DNA from: an uncultured Phycisphaerales bacterium
Lineage (GTDB): Bacteria > Planctomycetota > Phycisphaerae > Tepidisphaerales > Tepidisphaeraceae
Assembly: GCA_963755915.1 (NCBI GenBank)
Contig: CAVWLP010000003.1
Coordinates: forward strand, 448,001-512,000
DNA length: 64,000 bases
Reading direction: 5' to 3'
Shown piece after piece: positions 1 through 11,328 of this stretch (position 1 is its first letter; every line of letters starts with the position of its first letter). Below the pieces are notes generated by a model. It did no database searches. It had not been told where the DNA came from and worked only from the letters and a program-made list of their open reading frames with translations. Both the position numbers and the translations under genes were made by a program.

Positions 1-418
1 GTGGCGGAAAGCCGCCGGGGAAATCGTGAGGCGTTCGGGCGGATTGTCCGCCGGTATCAGGGGACGGTTGCCGGGGTGATTTATTCCGTCTGCGGCGATC
101 TCCACCGCAGCGAGGATATCGCTTAGGAGGCATTTCTTTCCGCCTGGAAAAGTCTATCGGGGATGAACGATCCGGGAAAATTGGCCCCTTGCTCTGCCAG
201 ATCGCGCGGCGGAAGGCGGTCGATTTTCAGCGGTCCAATCTACGCGAAAAAAATCGGCTGAGTCATTTATTTCCAGTATTGACCGCCGGCGAATCGTGTC
301 ACGGGGTGCGCCAAAACCAGCCAGGGCGGGGCGCTTCAAAACCGGCCAATGTGCTGACGTATTCTATACCGCATCCGTTCTATCCGACGCAACTGTTCCT
401 TGAGTTATTGGTCCCCGT

Positions 419-1309
419 TCACGCCGTCTGGCCGGCGGATACCCCCACATCAGAAGACAACGGCGGCTCTGTCACGGTGTCTTCCGGGGGGGAGCACCCT
501 TCATCGCCGGCGGTACTCCGCCGTCCTTTTGGATTTGTCTTTTCCGGTGTCCCGGATTGGCCTGCCGTGAGCGAAGTCGAATGGCCCCCATGCCGAAGGC
601 GGTAGCTCTTGCCGGTGATGTTGATGATCGTGGCGTGCTGCAGGAACCGATCCAGAATGGCCGTGGCCGCCGGCACGTCGCCGATCAGCTTGGCCCAGTC
701 CTCCAGTGGACGGTTGCTGGTCATCATCGTCGAGCGGTTCTCGTGCCGGCGCATGACGATCTCCAGCAGGCATTCGCCGCTGCGCCGCGGAAGCTGCTTC
801 ATTCCCATGTCGTCGATGATAAGCAGATCAGGCTTGAGATACCGGGCCAGCGTCTTGTCCTGGGCTCCCAGATCCTCGTCGCCTAAAAAGTCGCGGGCCA
901 GGTCGAAGATGGATCGGTACAGGACCACCAAGCCGCTCTTGATCGCCTGGTGTCCGATGGCCTGGGCCAAAAACGATTTGCCCACGCCGGGCGGACCCAG
1001 CAAGAGCACGTCACGTTTGTCACGAATGAACTGGCCGGCGGCCAGATCGTGAATCTGTTTGCGTTTGATGGAGGTGTTGAAGGAGAAGTCGAACTCGTCG
1101 AGGTTTTTGGTGTCGCGGAACATCGCCGCCTTGACGTGCCGGCCGATCTGCCGGCTGGATCGGACGTTCAGTTCATCCTGAAGGATCAGTTCCAAAAACT
1201 CACTGTGGTCGAGCCGATTGCCGGCCGCCTCGCTCAGGCGAACTTCAAGGCTGCTCGCCAGACCTGAAAGCCGAAGTTGCTTGAGCGTCTGCATCAACGA
1301 AGGTCTCAT
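419..1309 (-). CDS. istB: IS21 helper AAA+ ATPase IstB
   Basis: Walker A GPPGVGKS, Walker B LLIIDD, TSNRP and AILDRF motifs, GKSYR. Confidence 0.95.
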   Translation of the reverse strand: MRPSLMQTLKQLRLSGLASSLEVRLSEAAGNRLDHSEFLELILQDELNVRSSRQIGRHVKAAMFRDTKNLDEFDFSFNTSIKRKQIHDLAAGQFIRDKRDVLLLGPPGVGKSFLAQAIGHQAIKSGLVVLYRSIFDLARDFLGDEDLGAQDKTLARYLKPDLLIIDDMGMKQLPRRSGECLLEIVMRRHENRSTMMTSNRPLEDWAKLIGDVPAATAILDRFLQHATIINITGKSYRLRHGGHSTSLTAGQSGTPEKTNPKGRRSTAGDEGCSPPEDTVTEPPLSSDVGVSAGQTA

Positions 1310-3035
1310 GGGGTGGACTCCCTTCGGCTCTGCTCAGGGCAGGCCTGTAAAGGTTGTGCGGCAGGCAAAGCCTCCGCTTGGGTGATTGCGTCGCGTACGA
1401 ACTGTCCGTAATCGGCCAGTCCGCGGATGATTGGATGTTCCTGAACAAACTCGAAGTGTTGTTGAACCGGTGCGCCGTTTTGGTGTTCGATGAGCTGCCG
1501 CAGGGAGCGCAGGTGATACGCGCCATGCCCCAGAGCAATCTCGCAGGCTCGTTCCACGGCCGGTCGCGGCTGCTGATTGGCCAGCGACAGCAGCCCCATC
1601 AACACGCGCACGCCTTCGATGCCGCGATGCTGAAGCATTGACTGCGCCCACTGCGTGGCGTGCGGCCCGATGCATTCGATCCGCTGGAGAAGCCAGGTCG
1701 TTCCACGCTCGATGCCGCTGATCTTCTCCGGCAGGATATGGGCGTCTTGCGTCGAGAACCTGCCCGGCGGACGCTGCGCGTGCAGAGCGATCGCACGCAT
1801 CTTCTGATCGAACAGCCGGACCGTGCGCCCGTCCCACCGCGCCCAGACCCGCTGGCCCAAAAACTCCGGCGGGACCGAATAGTACGCCCCCTTGATCTCC
1901 ACGTGCCCGTCGCGGTGAACACTGCGCAACGCCTCGGTGAAAAGATCGAATCGCACCGGCGGCAGAGCCAACAGTGCCGGCTTCTCTACCTGCTCGAAGA
2001 CTTCCTTCACCTGCCGCCGCGTCGTGCCGTGGATGCGCGTGTCGGCCACGCTCTTCTCCCACGTCAGCAGATGCGCGTTCTGATCCGAGAGCGAGGCGAA
2101 TTGCCGGCCTTTGAGAGCATTGCTCTTCACATAGCCGATGCCCCGCTCGATCTTCCCCTTGTGCCGCGGCGTGTACGGCTTGGTGGGCAGAATGGCGATT
2201 CCATAATGTTCGGCGAACGACCGGACCTTGGGACACAACTCCGCCTCGAACCAGTCCGCCCGCGTCACCGCCGCGCGAAGATTGTCGATCACCAGCGCTG
2301 ACGGCATCCCGCCGAAGTGCGTAAAGGCATTTTCCAGACAACGCAGAAAATCATCGGTCGTCTGCCGCTCCACCGCCTCGGCGTACCCCTTGCGGCTGTG
2401 GCTCAGCACAATGCGGAAGACCCAGGTTGCTTTGCGTTTGCCGTCAGGACCGACCAGGGCGCACCCCGGCCGAAGTCCACCTGCGCCTCGGCTCCCGGCT
2501 CGCATTCCATCCGGCGAAAGGGCGCCGGCGCGGCAGCCGAGAGCTTCTTGATGAACCGGCGCACGCTGTAATAGCTGCCGGCATAGCCGTGATCGCTGGA
2601 GATGTCTTGATAAATCCGCTGGGCCGTCAGCCCGGCTTCCAACTTCTGAACAATGACCTCACGCCAGGGCGATGCCGTACTGACCGACCCGATGGTGGCG
2701 CCGGATAACCCGGTGGCGCGCTCTCCGAGCCGCCTGCGGCGAGCACCGTCGAGCCGCCTGCGGCGAGCACCGTCGAGCCGCCTGCGGCGAGCACCGTCGA
2801 GCCGCCTGCGGCGAGCACCGTCGAGCCGCCTGCGGCGAGCACCGTCGAGCCGAGGGGCGCGCTGGCCGGTTTTGAATCCGATCCGGGCGCCGCAGGATCG
2901 CCGCCCGACAACCGGATGTGGCGTCCAACGGTCTCCCGGTGAACGCCGAGTTGGCGGGCGATGTTCCGATTGGACCAGCCGCTGCGCAAGTGCCAAAATT
3001 GCTTGTACTTCCGCCATCTTGAGTTGATTGGCCAT
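1306..3035 (-). CDS. istA: IS21 transposase IstA (frameshifted in the sequence)
   Basis: N-terminal HTH (SNRNIARQLGVHRETVGR), PGAEAQVDFG, LVIDN and KGKIER (DDE), spread over several frames. Confidence 0.9.
2727..2852. repeat. 24-bp tandem repeat (5 units) inside istA
   Basis: GAGCCGCCTGCGGCGAGCACCGTC x5, encoding STVLAAGG. Confidence 0.95.
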
Positions 3036-3518
3036 CCCACCATTGGCTTGCGGCAACCGCCGAAAGCCAAGGTCGATAACCCAATCTCCTGTGCCTCAAA
3101 ATGGCCGGTTTTGGCGCGCCCTCAATTGGCCGGTTTTGCGCGCCCCATGACAGCGAATCGACTTCACCCCCGCAGGAGGCGCTCGCGAATGAAGAGCGAG
3201 AGATGCTCTGGCGGATTCTCTCCGAATTGCCACAGCGATATCGCGAAACGATGGTTCTCTATTACCGGCAGGGACAATCGACGGCGGCGGTTGGATGATG
3301 CAAAACCCAAAACAACCTGATCTTACGACTGCCAGTAAATCGTTCCGTTCATTCCGAACATTGCCGTTCCAGCAAAATGGAACGGCGCGTTTCTTGGCGG
3401 CAGTGTCGGAGGTTCGGATCGACGTAATGTTCTTCGGTCCAAGTTGCGCGATGAACCCATCGTTCGCTAACTCGGTGAGTCGAACGAACAGAGGTGGGAA
3501 ATGAGATGCACGGCGAGT

Positions 3519-4227
3519 TTAAGGCAACGGGTCCTCATCGGTGGCGGACTTGAAGACTTGGCTGACTTCAACGACTCCGCCCAATAGCGGAACAAACCGG
3601 TACACCTTGTCGGCAAACTGCTCGAACACGGAGAAGTCATGATGGCTGATCATGATGACCTGAAATCCCAATGCGCGGCCCGCTTCCTGCACGATCTTGA
3701 CCAGCTTCGGAACGAGATCGGGGCGAAGCCAGCAGTCTTGTTCGTCGAGGACCAGAAACCGGCGGTGCCGTGCCGAGTCAAGGGTCGTGAGGGCGAACAA
3801 GCGCAGCCCCACGCTGAGTATATTGGCGACGGAACCACCTTGGCCGCGGTAAACGTCTTCCCGATATCCCTCGTGATCGATCCAAAACTCGACGGTGGCG
3901 GCGCCACGCTTGAAATCCGCATCGGCGCAGGCGGATCGGCTGTTCGAGAATCTCCTGCAACGCAATAGTGATCTTCTCCTCCACAACACCGAGCAGCTCC
4001 TTGAACAAGCGCTGGCTCAGTAGCTCAAGAGCATCGGTGACCTTGTCTGCAACGCCGAGGTAGCCTGTCAGTTGCCTAAGACGGACTCCCACTTCCGCAG
4101 CCTGATGTTCGCGCTCCTGGCGCCTTCCCATCAACCGCTCCAACCGTTGCCGTACTGCGGTCGGCGATTTCAACGGCGGCACGGCGGCGCTGACGCTTGC
4201 TTTTGTTTGTTCGGGTGGAGAAGTCAT
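3519..4227 (-). CDS. SbcC/Rad50-like ABC ATPase, C-terminal half (frameshift near 3930)
   Basis: Coiled coil, then signature-like GQGGSV, Walker B FLVLDEQD and H-loop MISHH. Joins ORFs 3778-4227 and 3519-3989. Confidence 0.75.
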
Positions 4228-4571
4228 TTTCGGGGTTGTCCTCCATCCCGTGTAGCAGAAGCGGTTTCGGCGAATTTTGCCTCTACCTCAGCGAGCCCCT
4301 TTTCGATCGTATCAAGATCCTCCTGGTACTTGGCCTTTTTCCGGGCGTTCTCATTGTTGATCTCGGCCAACTTCTCCTGGAGTTTTGCAACATCATCAGT
4401 GCCATATTTCTCTTGAGCCTGGGCCTTGAGTTCGTCCAGTCGCTTCGTCGCGCTATCTCGCTGCGTTTCGGCCTGAATCTTCTTTCTATTCAGATCCTGG
4501 TATCGCTGCTGAAGCTGTTCGATGGTCTGCCCGCCGGCATTGGCGGGTATTTTTGCGTCCGTTTTAGCCAT
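4224..4571 (-). CDS. Small coiled-coil protein
   Basis: 115 aa, helical and charged, overlapping both neighbours. Confidence 0.8.
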   Translation of the reverse strand: MAKTDAKIPANAGGQTIEQLQQRYQDLNRKKIQAETQRDSATKRLDELKAQAQEKYGTDDVAKLQEKLAEINNENARKKAKYQEDLDTIEKGLAEVEAKFAETASATRDGGQPRK

Positions 4572-5517
4572 TGTCAGTAACCTCCTGGGCTAGAGCCATG
4601 ATTTCGGCAGCAACGGGCTGCTCGAACTGGCTTAAGTTCTTTTGGAGAAAAGTGACCAAACCGGCGCCGCTTTCAGTGCGGCGAGCCTGTAACTCGGCGA
4701 GACCGGCAACGAACGCCGATGCTGGCCCGTCCGCCGAAGCTTCCACGAGAATCGAGTGGAAAACCTCATCGAAAGGCCGGTGCGGCACCTCGACAAACTG
4801 CCGCGTGAATCCCTCGCCCGTGATATCAATACGAAGAACAGATGGGATGTGGTCTTTCGTAGCGTCGCTCCGGGACCGCCGGCTGATATTGCCGGGAGTC
4901 ATCCAGAGGGTGCGGCCTGTCTGAACGTCCTGCAAACGGCGGTGAATGTGCCCGTTAATCACGAGGTCAATCCCTTCGATCTCACGCGGTTGTATCCGGC
5001 CTTGTTCCTCATAGCCTGGGACGATTATGTCGTGATGGGCAAGCCAGAATACGAGCGGGACTGCGCCGTCGGCGTCGCCCGATGTGTCTACTCGATCAGG
5101 AAACTGTTGCCGATAGGAGGAACCGCCGACGATGACGGATCGTCCGTTCATTGATCCGCGCCATGGCCTGCCGCCCAGTAGCCGGATGCGGCCGGCCTTC
5201 ACAAGTAGGGAAAGCGAATCGTGATTGGATAGTTCCGGTTCTGCGCAATCGTGATTGCCATAGAGGCCGATGCACTCGGTGCCTGCCAAAAGGTCGAGCA
5301 GGGTTCCAAGCATCCAAGTGGGATTATCCCGTGGCTTGTCGAAGAGGTCTCCCAGAATTACAGGAAGTAGGCGATGTGCTTTGGCATACCGCAGTGCCCA
5401 TTCGAGTTTGTCGAGAATGACGTGTGGATAGTCATCCCTGCGGAATCCGGGTGTCCGACCCTCAAGGTGCGGATCACCAATGACGAGCAAGCCTGCGTAG
5501 GCAACTGCGTCAGGCAT
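4564..5517 (-). CDS. SbcD/Mre11-like metallophosphoesterase nuclease
   Basis: Motifs GDPH, GDLFD, GNHD, AHH and GHIH. The ATG at 5517 overlaps the end of the upstream gene. Confidence 0.85.
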   Translation of the reverse strand: MPDAVAYAGLLVIGDPHLEGRTPGFRRDDYPHVILDKLEWALRYAKAHRLLPVILGDLFDKPRDNPTWMLGTLLDLLAGTECIGLYGNHDCAEPELSNHDSLSLLVKAGRIRLLGGRPWRGSMNGRSVIVGGSSYRQQFPDRVDTSGDADGAVPLVFWLAHHDIIVPGYEEQGRIQPREIEGIDLVINGHIHRRLQDVQTGRTLWMTPGNISRRSRSDATKDHIPSVLRIDITGEGFTRQFVEVPHRPFDEVFHSILVEASADGPASAFVAGLAELQARRTESGAGLVTFLQKNLSQFEQPVAAEIMALAQEVTDNG

Positions 5518-6967
5518 GGAAACCTCCGACGCATGAACCGGCATGGAGGACGATCTGATTGGGATCGAGCTGGCCACCACACGTGGGGCATAATTGCTGC
5601 TGTTCGGCCCAAGTCCGCAATTGATGTTCAACTTCTCGAAGCGCTTGCTCGGCTTGCACGAAATCTTGCCTACGCGAGGCAATAGCCGCTGTCGCACCGG
5701 CTAGGTCGCGGATTGTCGCCTCGATTTCGCGGGTGTCCGCCATATCCGGCGCGGCCACCAGGGCGGCCAATTGACTGTGAATGACCTCCAAGCGCCGGAG
5801 TGCCGCCGTCGCTTGCGTTAAGGCTTGCACGTCCTGCGTTGGCGAAATCTCATCATCCAATTCGGGTGCAGTTGCCAACGGGCGTAAGATTGTTAGTTGT
5901 TGCTCCGACGCAGTCACGGAATGAGTCAGCGTAGCAATCTGTGCGGCAGTTGTTTGCAAGGTTGCGACCTCGATGATCGTGGGGGGTGGGATGAGTTCGC
6001 AGGTTGCGGCGCACTGACCGTCCAGACGGAGCGCTACGAGCCGAGCAGACTGTAAATCGCGGATGAGTTCTATGAGCGGTCGGTTGTCTTTGGTATCAGG
6101 GCACATTTGCAGTGCCGAGAGGGAAACGGCCCGATTGGTCTGCAATTCCACGTCCAATTCCGTGCCGGATATCGCCCCGATGGCATCTTCTAACGGCTGA
6201 GTATCTGCGAACTTCGGCGGCAACATCAACGCCTGAAACGCCATTGCTTCGGATTGGCGATGGTCCACCAGTGCGCTCCACTGGTCCAACAACTGAATAT
6301 CCTGCGCGAGTTGTCCGATACGTGATGCCAACTGTCCAAGTTCCTCGTGCCGCGACTCTACTTGTCCAACGCTGATTCCAATCTGATCCGTAGCTGCAAG
6401 CACCGCGAGATCTATTGCCAGCTTTTCCGCCCTGGCCTCCAGTTGGATACGTTCTCGGCGAGCGTCCCCCATCTTCTGCTGGTGCCGCTTCTGCATCTCG
6501 ACCAGACTCGCCGCGTCGGACGAAGAAGCAAAAAACTGGGCTGCGTGAGAACCGGGTTTGTCCAACAAGAACACGGGCGATTTCTGTTCGCCGAAGTGGA
6601 TATCAAACTCTCGATTACCTTCGGCTACGACCTTTGGCAATCGGAGCACGTCGTGAAGGCTCGCGGGGATGGCGTTTCGTTCAAGCCTATCGAACAACTG
6701 CCCGTCGATGGTATATCTTGGAGAATTGTTCTTGCGGCACCACTCAACGATGTGACCGTCATCGGTTTCGACAATAACTGAGCATTCCCTTTCATTGTGG
6801 CGAGTGACGTAGGTCGAGTTATCGTTGTGACAGAGAATCTGAAGCGCCGCCACGACGGCGCTCTTGCCACAGTTGTTGGGTCCTACCAGCACGGTCAGGC
6901 CATCCGCTGGTTCGATGACCGTGCGGGCGTGTGACATGAAGTTGACTAACTCGATGCGCCGAATCAC
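5510..6967 (-). CDS. SbcC/Rad50-like ATPase, N-terminal half with coiled coil and zinc hook
   Basis: IELVNFMSH, Walker A GPNNCGKS, Q-loop GEQ and C-terminal CPTCG. No Walker B. Confidence 0.85.
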   Translation of the reverse strand: MIRRIELVNFMSHARTVIEPADGLTVLVGPNNCGKSAVVAALQILCHNDNSTYVTRHNERECSVIVETDDGHIVEWCRKNNSPRYTIDGQLFDRLERNAIPASLHDVLRLPKVVAEGNREFDIHFGEQKSPVFLLDKPGSHAAQFFASSSDAASLVEMQKRHQQKMGDARRERIQLEARAEKLAIDLAVLAATDQIGISVGQVESRHEELGQLASRIGQLAQDIQLLDQWSALVDHRQSEAMAFQALMLPPKFADTQPLEDAIGAISGTELDVELQTNRAVSLSALQMCPDTKDNRPLIELIRDLQSARLVALRLDGQCAATCELIPPPTIIEVATLQTTAAQIATLTHSVTASEQQLTILRPLATAPELDDEISPTQDVQALTQATAALRRLEVIHSQLAALVAAPDMADTREIEATIRDLAGATAAIASRRQDFVQAEQALREVEHQLRTWAEQQQLCPTCGGQLDPNQIVLHAGSCVGGFHA

Positions 6968-7042
6968 AGCTTAGCTCCGTGGCGGCCCTCCCTTTCCTAA
7001 GACGTGCCAGGAAGTGTACGGGAAAGCCCTGAAAATCGCTCC

Positions 7043-7076
7043 CGCCTCCGCCCTCGCTTGCGCGAGGGCGGAGGCG
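7043..7076. terminator. 15-bp perfect hairpin at the array trailer end (possible terminator)
   Basis: CGCCTCCGCCCTCGC-TTGC-GCGAGGGCGGAGGCG; no clear U-tract. Confidence 0.5.
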
Positions 7077-7140
7077 AAGACACAGTCTTATCCGAAAAAC
7101 CACTCGGTGGCTTGAATTAATGCGACGCTGGAAGAACGCG

Positions 7141-10100
7141 GTGTCCATTCAAGTGGGCCGCGTCGGCCTCCGCGGCAAGTCTTCAAGCGGCAACTGGCGG
7201 GAGACGGCGAAGGTGTCCATTCAAGTGGGCCGCGTCGGCCTCCGCGGCGGCGATGCCGGGGGGCGGGTTTTTCATAAACGCCTCGTGTCCATTCAAGTGG
7301 GCCGCGTCGGCCTCCGCGGCGATGGAGCGTGGAACTGCCCTCAGGTCGCTATGCAGTGTCCATTCAAGTGGGCCGCGTCGGCCTCCGCGGCTTCCAATTG
7401 GAGGTGCGAAGTGATTTCCTTGTTCAAGTGTCCATTCAAGTGGGCCGCGTCGGCCTCCGCGGCGTTTCGGTTTATACGGACAATGGCGGCAATGCGATGT
7501 GTCCATTCAAGTGGGCCGCGTCGGCCTCCGCGGCCACCATGTTCGCGTTAGCAAAGGATGATGATGCAAGGTGTCCATTCAAGTGGGCCGCGTCGGCCTC
7601 CGCGGCGGCCAAGCGGGCCGGGATTCGTCCCGAAACGCTTCAGTGTCCATTCAAGTGGGCCGCGTCGGCCTCCGCGGCGTGGCGAAGGTGGAGAAGCAGC
7701 CGGCGTTCAAGGGAGTGTCCATTCAAGTGGGCCGCGTCGGCCTCCGCGGCGACCATTATAGAACGAGTTGGAAGCGGATGCGCCCGTGTCCATTCAAGTG
7801 GGCCGCGTCGGCCTCCGCGGCTTAATTGCATCGGGGTTATTCATGGACGCGAAGATGTGTCCATTCAAGTGGGCCGCGTCGGCCTCCGCGGCTCGCGTAT
7901 CCGGTCCGCGTATCGCTAGATTGGTCGCGTGTCCATTCAAGTGGGCCGCGTCGGCCTCCGCGGCAATCTAGATGGATCGGCTAACAGGGTTCGGACGTTG
8001 TGTCCATTCAAGTGGGCCGCGTCGGCCTCCGCGGCAGGGAATTGCAAAGCCAAGGGGTTAACCCAACCGACCGGTGTCCATTCAAGTGGGCCGCGTCGGC
8101 CTCCGCGGCGCCGGGGCCGTGACGGAAATTGCAAATGGGGATTATGTGTCCATTCAAGTGGGCCGCGTCGGCCTCCGCGGCGTTGTGGAGATGAGGACGC
8201 ATCTGGCCGGTGCAAGAGTGTCCATTCAAGTGGGCCGCGTCGGCCTCCGCGGCATCGCGACAGAGCGCGAGATCGAGGGCGGGGAATATGTGTCCATTCA
8301 AGTGGGCCGCGTCGGCCTCCGCGGCTCACTGATACGGCACAGTATGTTAACGGTGTTGTGTGTCCATTCAAGTGGGCCGCGTCGGCCTCCGCGGCCGATA
8401 ATGAAAACATTCACTTTCAAAACAAGGTGATGTGTCCATTCAAGTGGGCCGCGTCGGCCTCCGCGGCCCTGGGGCTGGCTTAAAAACCACATCAAGATCA
8501 GTTGTGTCCATTCAAGTGGGCCGCGTCGGCCTCCGCGGCAAACTACCGCTCCGGGGATTGAAGCGTTTCGCACCCGTGTCCATTCAAGTGGGCCGCGTCG
8601 GCCTCCGCGGCCGTAACGGCGGCTTATGGCCGCAACAATACCCCACGTGTCCATTCAAGTGGGCCGCGTCGGCCTCCGCGGCGTCGTAACAATGCCTCAG
8701 CATGGTCCTGAACATCGTGTCCATTCAAGTGGGCCGCGTCGGCCTCCGCGGCTCAAATATCTTATTTCGCTCTTTTTTTCTTAAGTCGTGTCCATTCAAG
8801 TGGGCCGCGTCGGCCTCCGCGGCAATCCGTCGAATGCGGCATCACCACGTTCGACAGCGTGTCCATTCAAGTGGGCCGCGTCGGCCTCCGCGGCCTGTAG
8901 GATTAAATTGCGTATCTATTCCGTCGAAGGTGTCCATTCAAGTGGGCCGCGTCGGCCTCCGCGGCTCCGACCGCTGCAGCGCTTCGGTGTGATAACGGAT
9001 AGTGTCCATTCAAGTGGGCCGCGTCGGCCTCCGCGGCGCCAATTAACCGCACTCACCAACGCCAGCCTGGTCAAGTGTCCATTCAAGTGGGCCGCGTCGG
9101 CCTCCGCGGCATAAAGAGTTTGGAAATTGAGTAACCAGCAGTATCTCGTGTCCATTCAAGTGGGCCGCGTCGGCCTCCGCGGCTCAAACGCCAAATCCTT
9201 AAACCAACGAGCTTCAAAACGTGTCCATTCAAGTGGGCCGCGTCGGCCTCCGCGGCGCTGTCGTGCCTGTTGTGTTGGTGGCTGATTGTGGGTGTCCATT
9301 CAAGTGGGCCGCGTCGGCCTCCGCGGCGGATCAGTCTGAGCGTCTTCTCGGTGTTCGTATGTTGTGTCCATTCAAGTGGGCCGCGTCGGCCTCCGCGGCA
9401 GATCGACGAAGCCATCCCGGCAGGAGGAGCAGCAGTGTCCATTCAAGTGGGCCGCGTCGGCCTCCGCGGCACAAACACACAGTATACGGCCACCACAACG
9501 ACCGCAGTGTCCATTCAAGTGGGCCGCGTCGGCCTCCGCGGCAGAAGACGGCTGATTACGATACACAGCCGGGCCCAGTGTCCATTCAAGTGGGCCGCGT
9601 CGGCCTCCGCGGCCAGGATGGCAAGGTTCGTAGTTCTTCTGATAAGTCTTGTGTCCATTCAAGTGGGCCGCGTCGGCCTCCGCGGCGCGTAAGGAATTTG
9701 GGATTATTCGTGTTGCAAGGTTGTGTCCATTCAAGTGGGCCGCGTCGGCCTCCGCGGCAGGTGGCTGGTGAGCCAAGTAAGTCAATGCCTTCAGTGTCCA
9801 TTCAAGTGGGCCGCGTCGGCCTCCGCGGCTTCAATATCTTTTTTATATGTTCTAATATTCATTAAGTGTCCATTCAAGTGGGCCGCGTCGGCCTCCGCGG
9901 CACTATCGTCCGATATCTCCCCCAAAAAGGAGAAGGTGTCCATTCAAGTGGGCCGCGTCGGCCTCCGCGGCTTCGTGCCGAAGGCGGGACATGGAAACAG
10001 CAAGTTGGTGTCCATTCAAGTGGGCCGCGTCGGCCTCCGCGGCGCCCATTAGTAGCCATATCTAAACTCCGATATTAAGTGTCCATTCAAGTGGGCCGCG

Positions 10101-10970
10101 TCGGCCTCCGCGGCGCAAGCTGGAAAGGTGAACCGTTTGCTCCAGTACCAGTGTCCATTCAAGTGGGCCGCGTCGGCCTCCGCGGCTGGGAAGTGTCGGA
10201 GAAGATGCCGTACAAAAAATAGTGTCCATTCAAGTGGGCCGCGTCGGCCTCCGCGGCCTCGGATGGCTCGGTCGTCTGCTGGAAATGGCAGTGGCGTGTC
10301 CATTCAAGTGGGCCGCGTCGGCCTCCGCGGCACCGCGTGAGGAGCAGCGGCTCGGAGACGCTCGTGTGTCCATTCAAGTGGGCCGCGTCGGCCTCCGCGG
10401 CCGGCAGATTGATAGCGAGCACGGATCGGTGGCACAGTGTCCATTCAAGTGGGCCGCGTCGGCCTCCGCGGCAAATGTGAACCGCAGGCGTCGCCACGAT
10501 GAAGCCAACGTGTCCATTCAAGTGGGCCGCGTCGGCCTCCGCGGCTGCTGCAAAGCATCGCCGTTTCAAACAGGGAATGCGTGTCCATTCAAGTGGGCCG
10601 CGTCGGCCTCCGCGGCACCGGGACGATTATCGCTGAGGCAAATGGAGGGGCAGTGTCCATTCAAGTGGGCCGCGTCGGCCTCCGCGGCCGTGGAAGCCGC
10701 ATGGGAACGTGCGAGCAACACAGTGTCCATTCAAGTGGGCCGCGTCGGCCTCCGCGGCTAGTGCGAAGTAATACATTCGTCACTCCTGTAAGTGTGTCCA
10801 TTCAAGTGGGCCGCGTCGGCCTCCGCGGCATACCTGGGTGCGTGCAACATCCAGCCGACGTTCCGTGTCCATTCAAGTGGGCCGCGTCGGCCTCCGCGGC
10901 CTCATCTCAGGCTCATATCTCATTACCTATTAGAGTGTCCATTCAAGTGGGCCGCGTCGGCCTCCGCGGC
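7141..10970 (-). CRISPR. CRISPR array: 54 repeats of 36 bp, 53 spacers of ~34-38 bp
   Basis: Repeat on the - strand is GCCGCGGAGGCCGACGCGGCCCACTTGAATGGACAC, with no variants noticed (manual count). Orientation inferred from the GACAC 3' end and tracrRNA pairing. Confidence 0.98.
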
Positions 10971-11225
10971 TGCCGCCCTCGCAAACCCCCGAAAACAAGC
11001 CACTTGTGAGGGCTCTTGCGAGTATAACAGATTTTGACGCAATCGAACGGCCATTTCGGGGACTCCTGACATCCATAAAACCGCGAGAATCGGCTTGTTT
11101 TGGGGCATTGCGAGCGTGCCCTGGACCCCCATTCACCACTGTCGCACTCGCGGCCGAAAGTACGACAGTACCAACCGAGCTGCGAACTGGGGCAGGCCGC
11201 AGAAGCCAACTTGTCAAAGAACGAT
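10971..11225 (-). promoter_or_regulatory. CRISPR leader
   Basis: Apparently non-coding segment between the tracrRNA and the first repeat. Confidence 0.7.
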
Positions 11226-11319
11226 GGCCCAAAGGGCCAACGCGGACCTGTTGAATGCCGAGTGCCAAGCCCATTAAAGGGGAAGACACGTACTCGGAGG
11301 TGATACCGCCTATAGCGGC
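11226..11319 (-). ncRNA. Cas12b tracrRNA
   Basis: 5' hairpin CCGC-UAUAG-GCGG; CCGAGU/ACUCGG stem enclosing GUGUC (pairs with repeat GACAC) and a CCC/GGG hairpin; anti-repeat CAUUCAACAGGUCCGCGUUGGCC (19/23 identical to the repeat complement). Confidence 0.85.
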
Positions 11320-11328
11320 GCAGTCACT

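Larger units (their letters stand above)
297..3152 (-). mobile_element. IS21-family insertion sequence, copy 1
   Basis: Ends TGTCACGGGG... and ...CCCCATGACA with internal CAAAACCGGCCA repeats. 8-bp target duplication GCGAATCG (289-296 and 3153-3160). Carries istA-istB. Confidence 0.95.
1..3298 (+). pseudogene. ECF sigma-70 factor pseudogene, split by IS21 (segments <1-296 and 3153-3298)
   Basis: Frame 1 reads ...GNREAFGRIVRRYQGTVAGVIYSVCGDLHRSEDIA*EAFLSAW (region 2, in-frame TAG), then shifts frame to LCQIARRKAVDFQR. After the IS it resumes as SPPQEALANEEREMLWRILSELPQRYRETMVLYYRQGQSTAAVG* (truncated region 4). Confidence 0.85.

Noticed and set aside
7394-7406. Spacer match to 35706-35718 (CCAATTGGAGGTG)
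   Set aside because: Only 13 nt, which is expected by chance across 53 spacers and 64 kb. A full self-targeting search was not possible by eye.
7120-11300. Many ORFs over the array and leader
   Set aside because: Artefacts of a GC-rich repeat with stop-free frames (recurring CPFKWAASASAA and VSIQVGRVGLRG).
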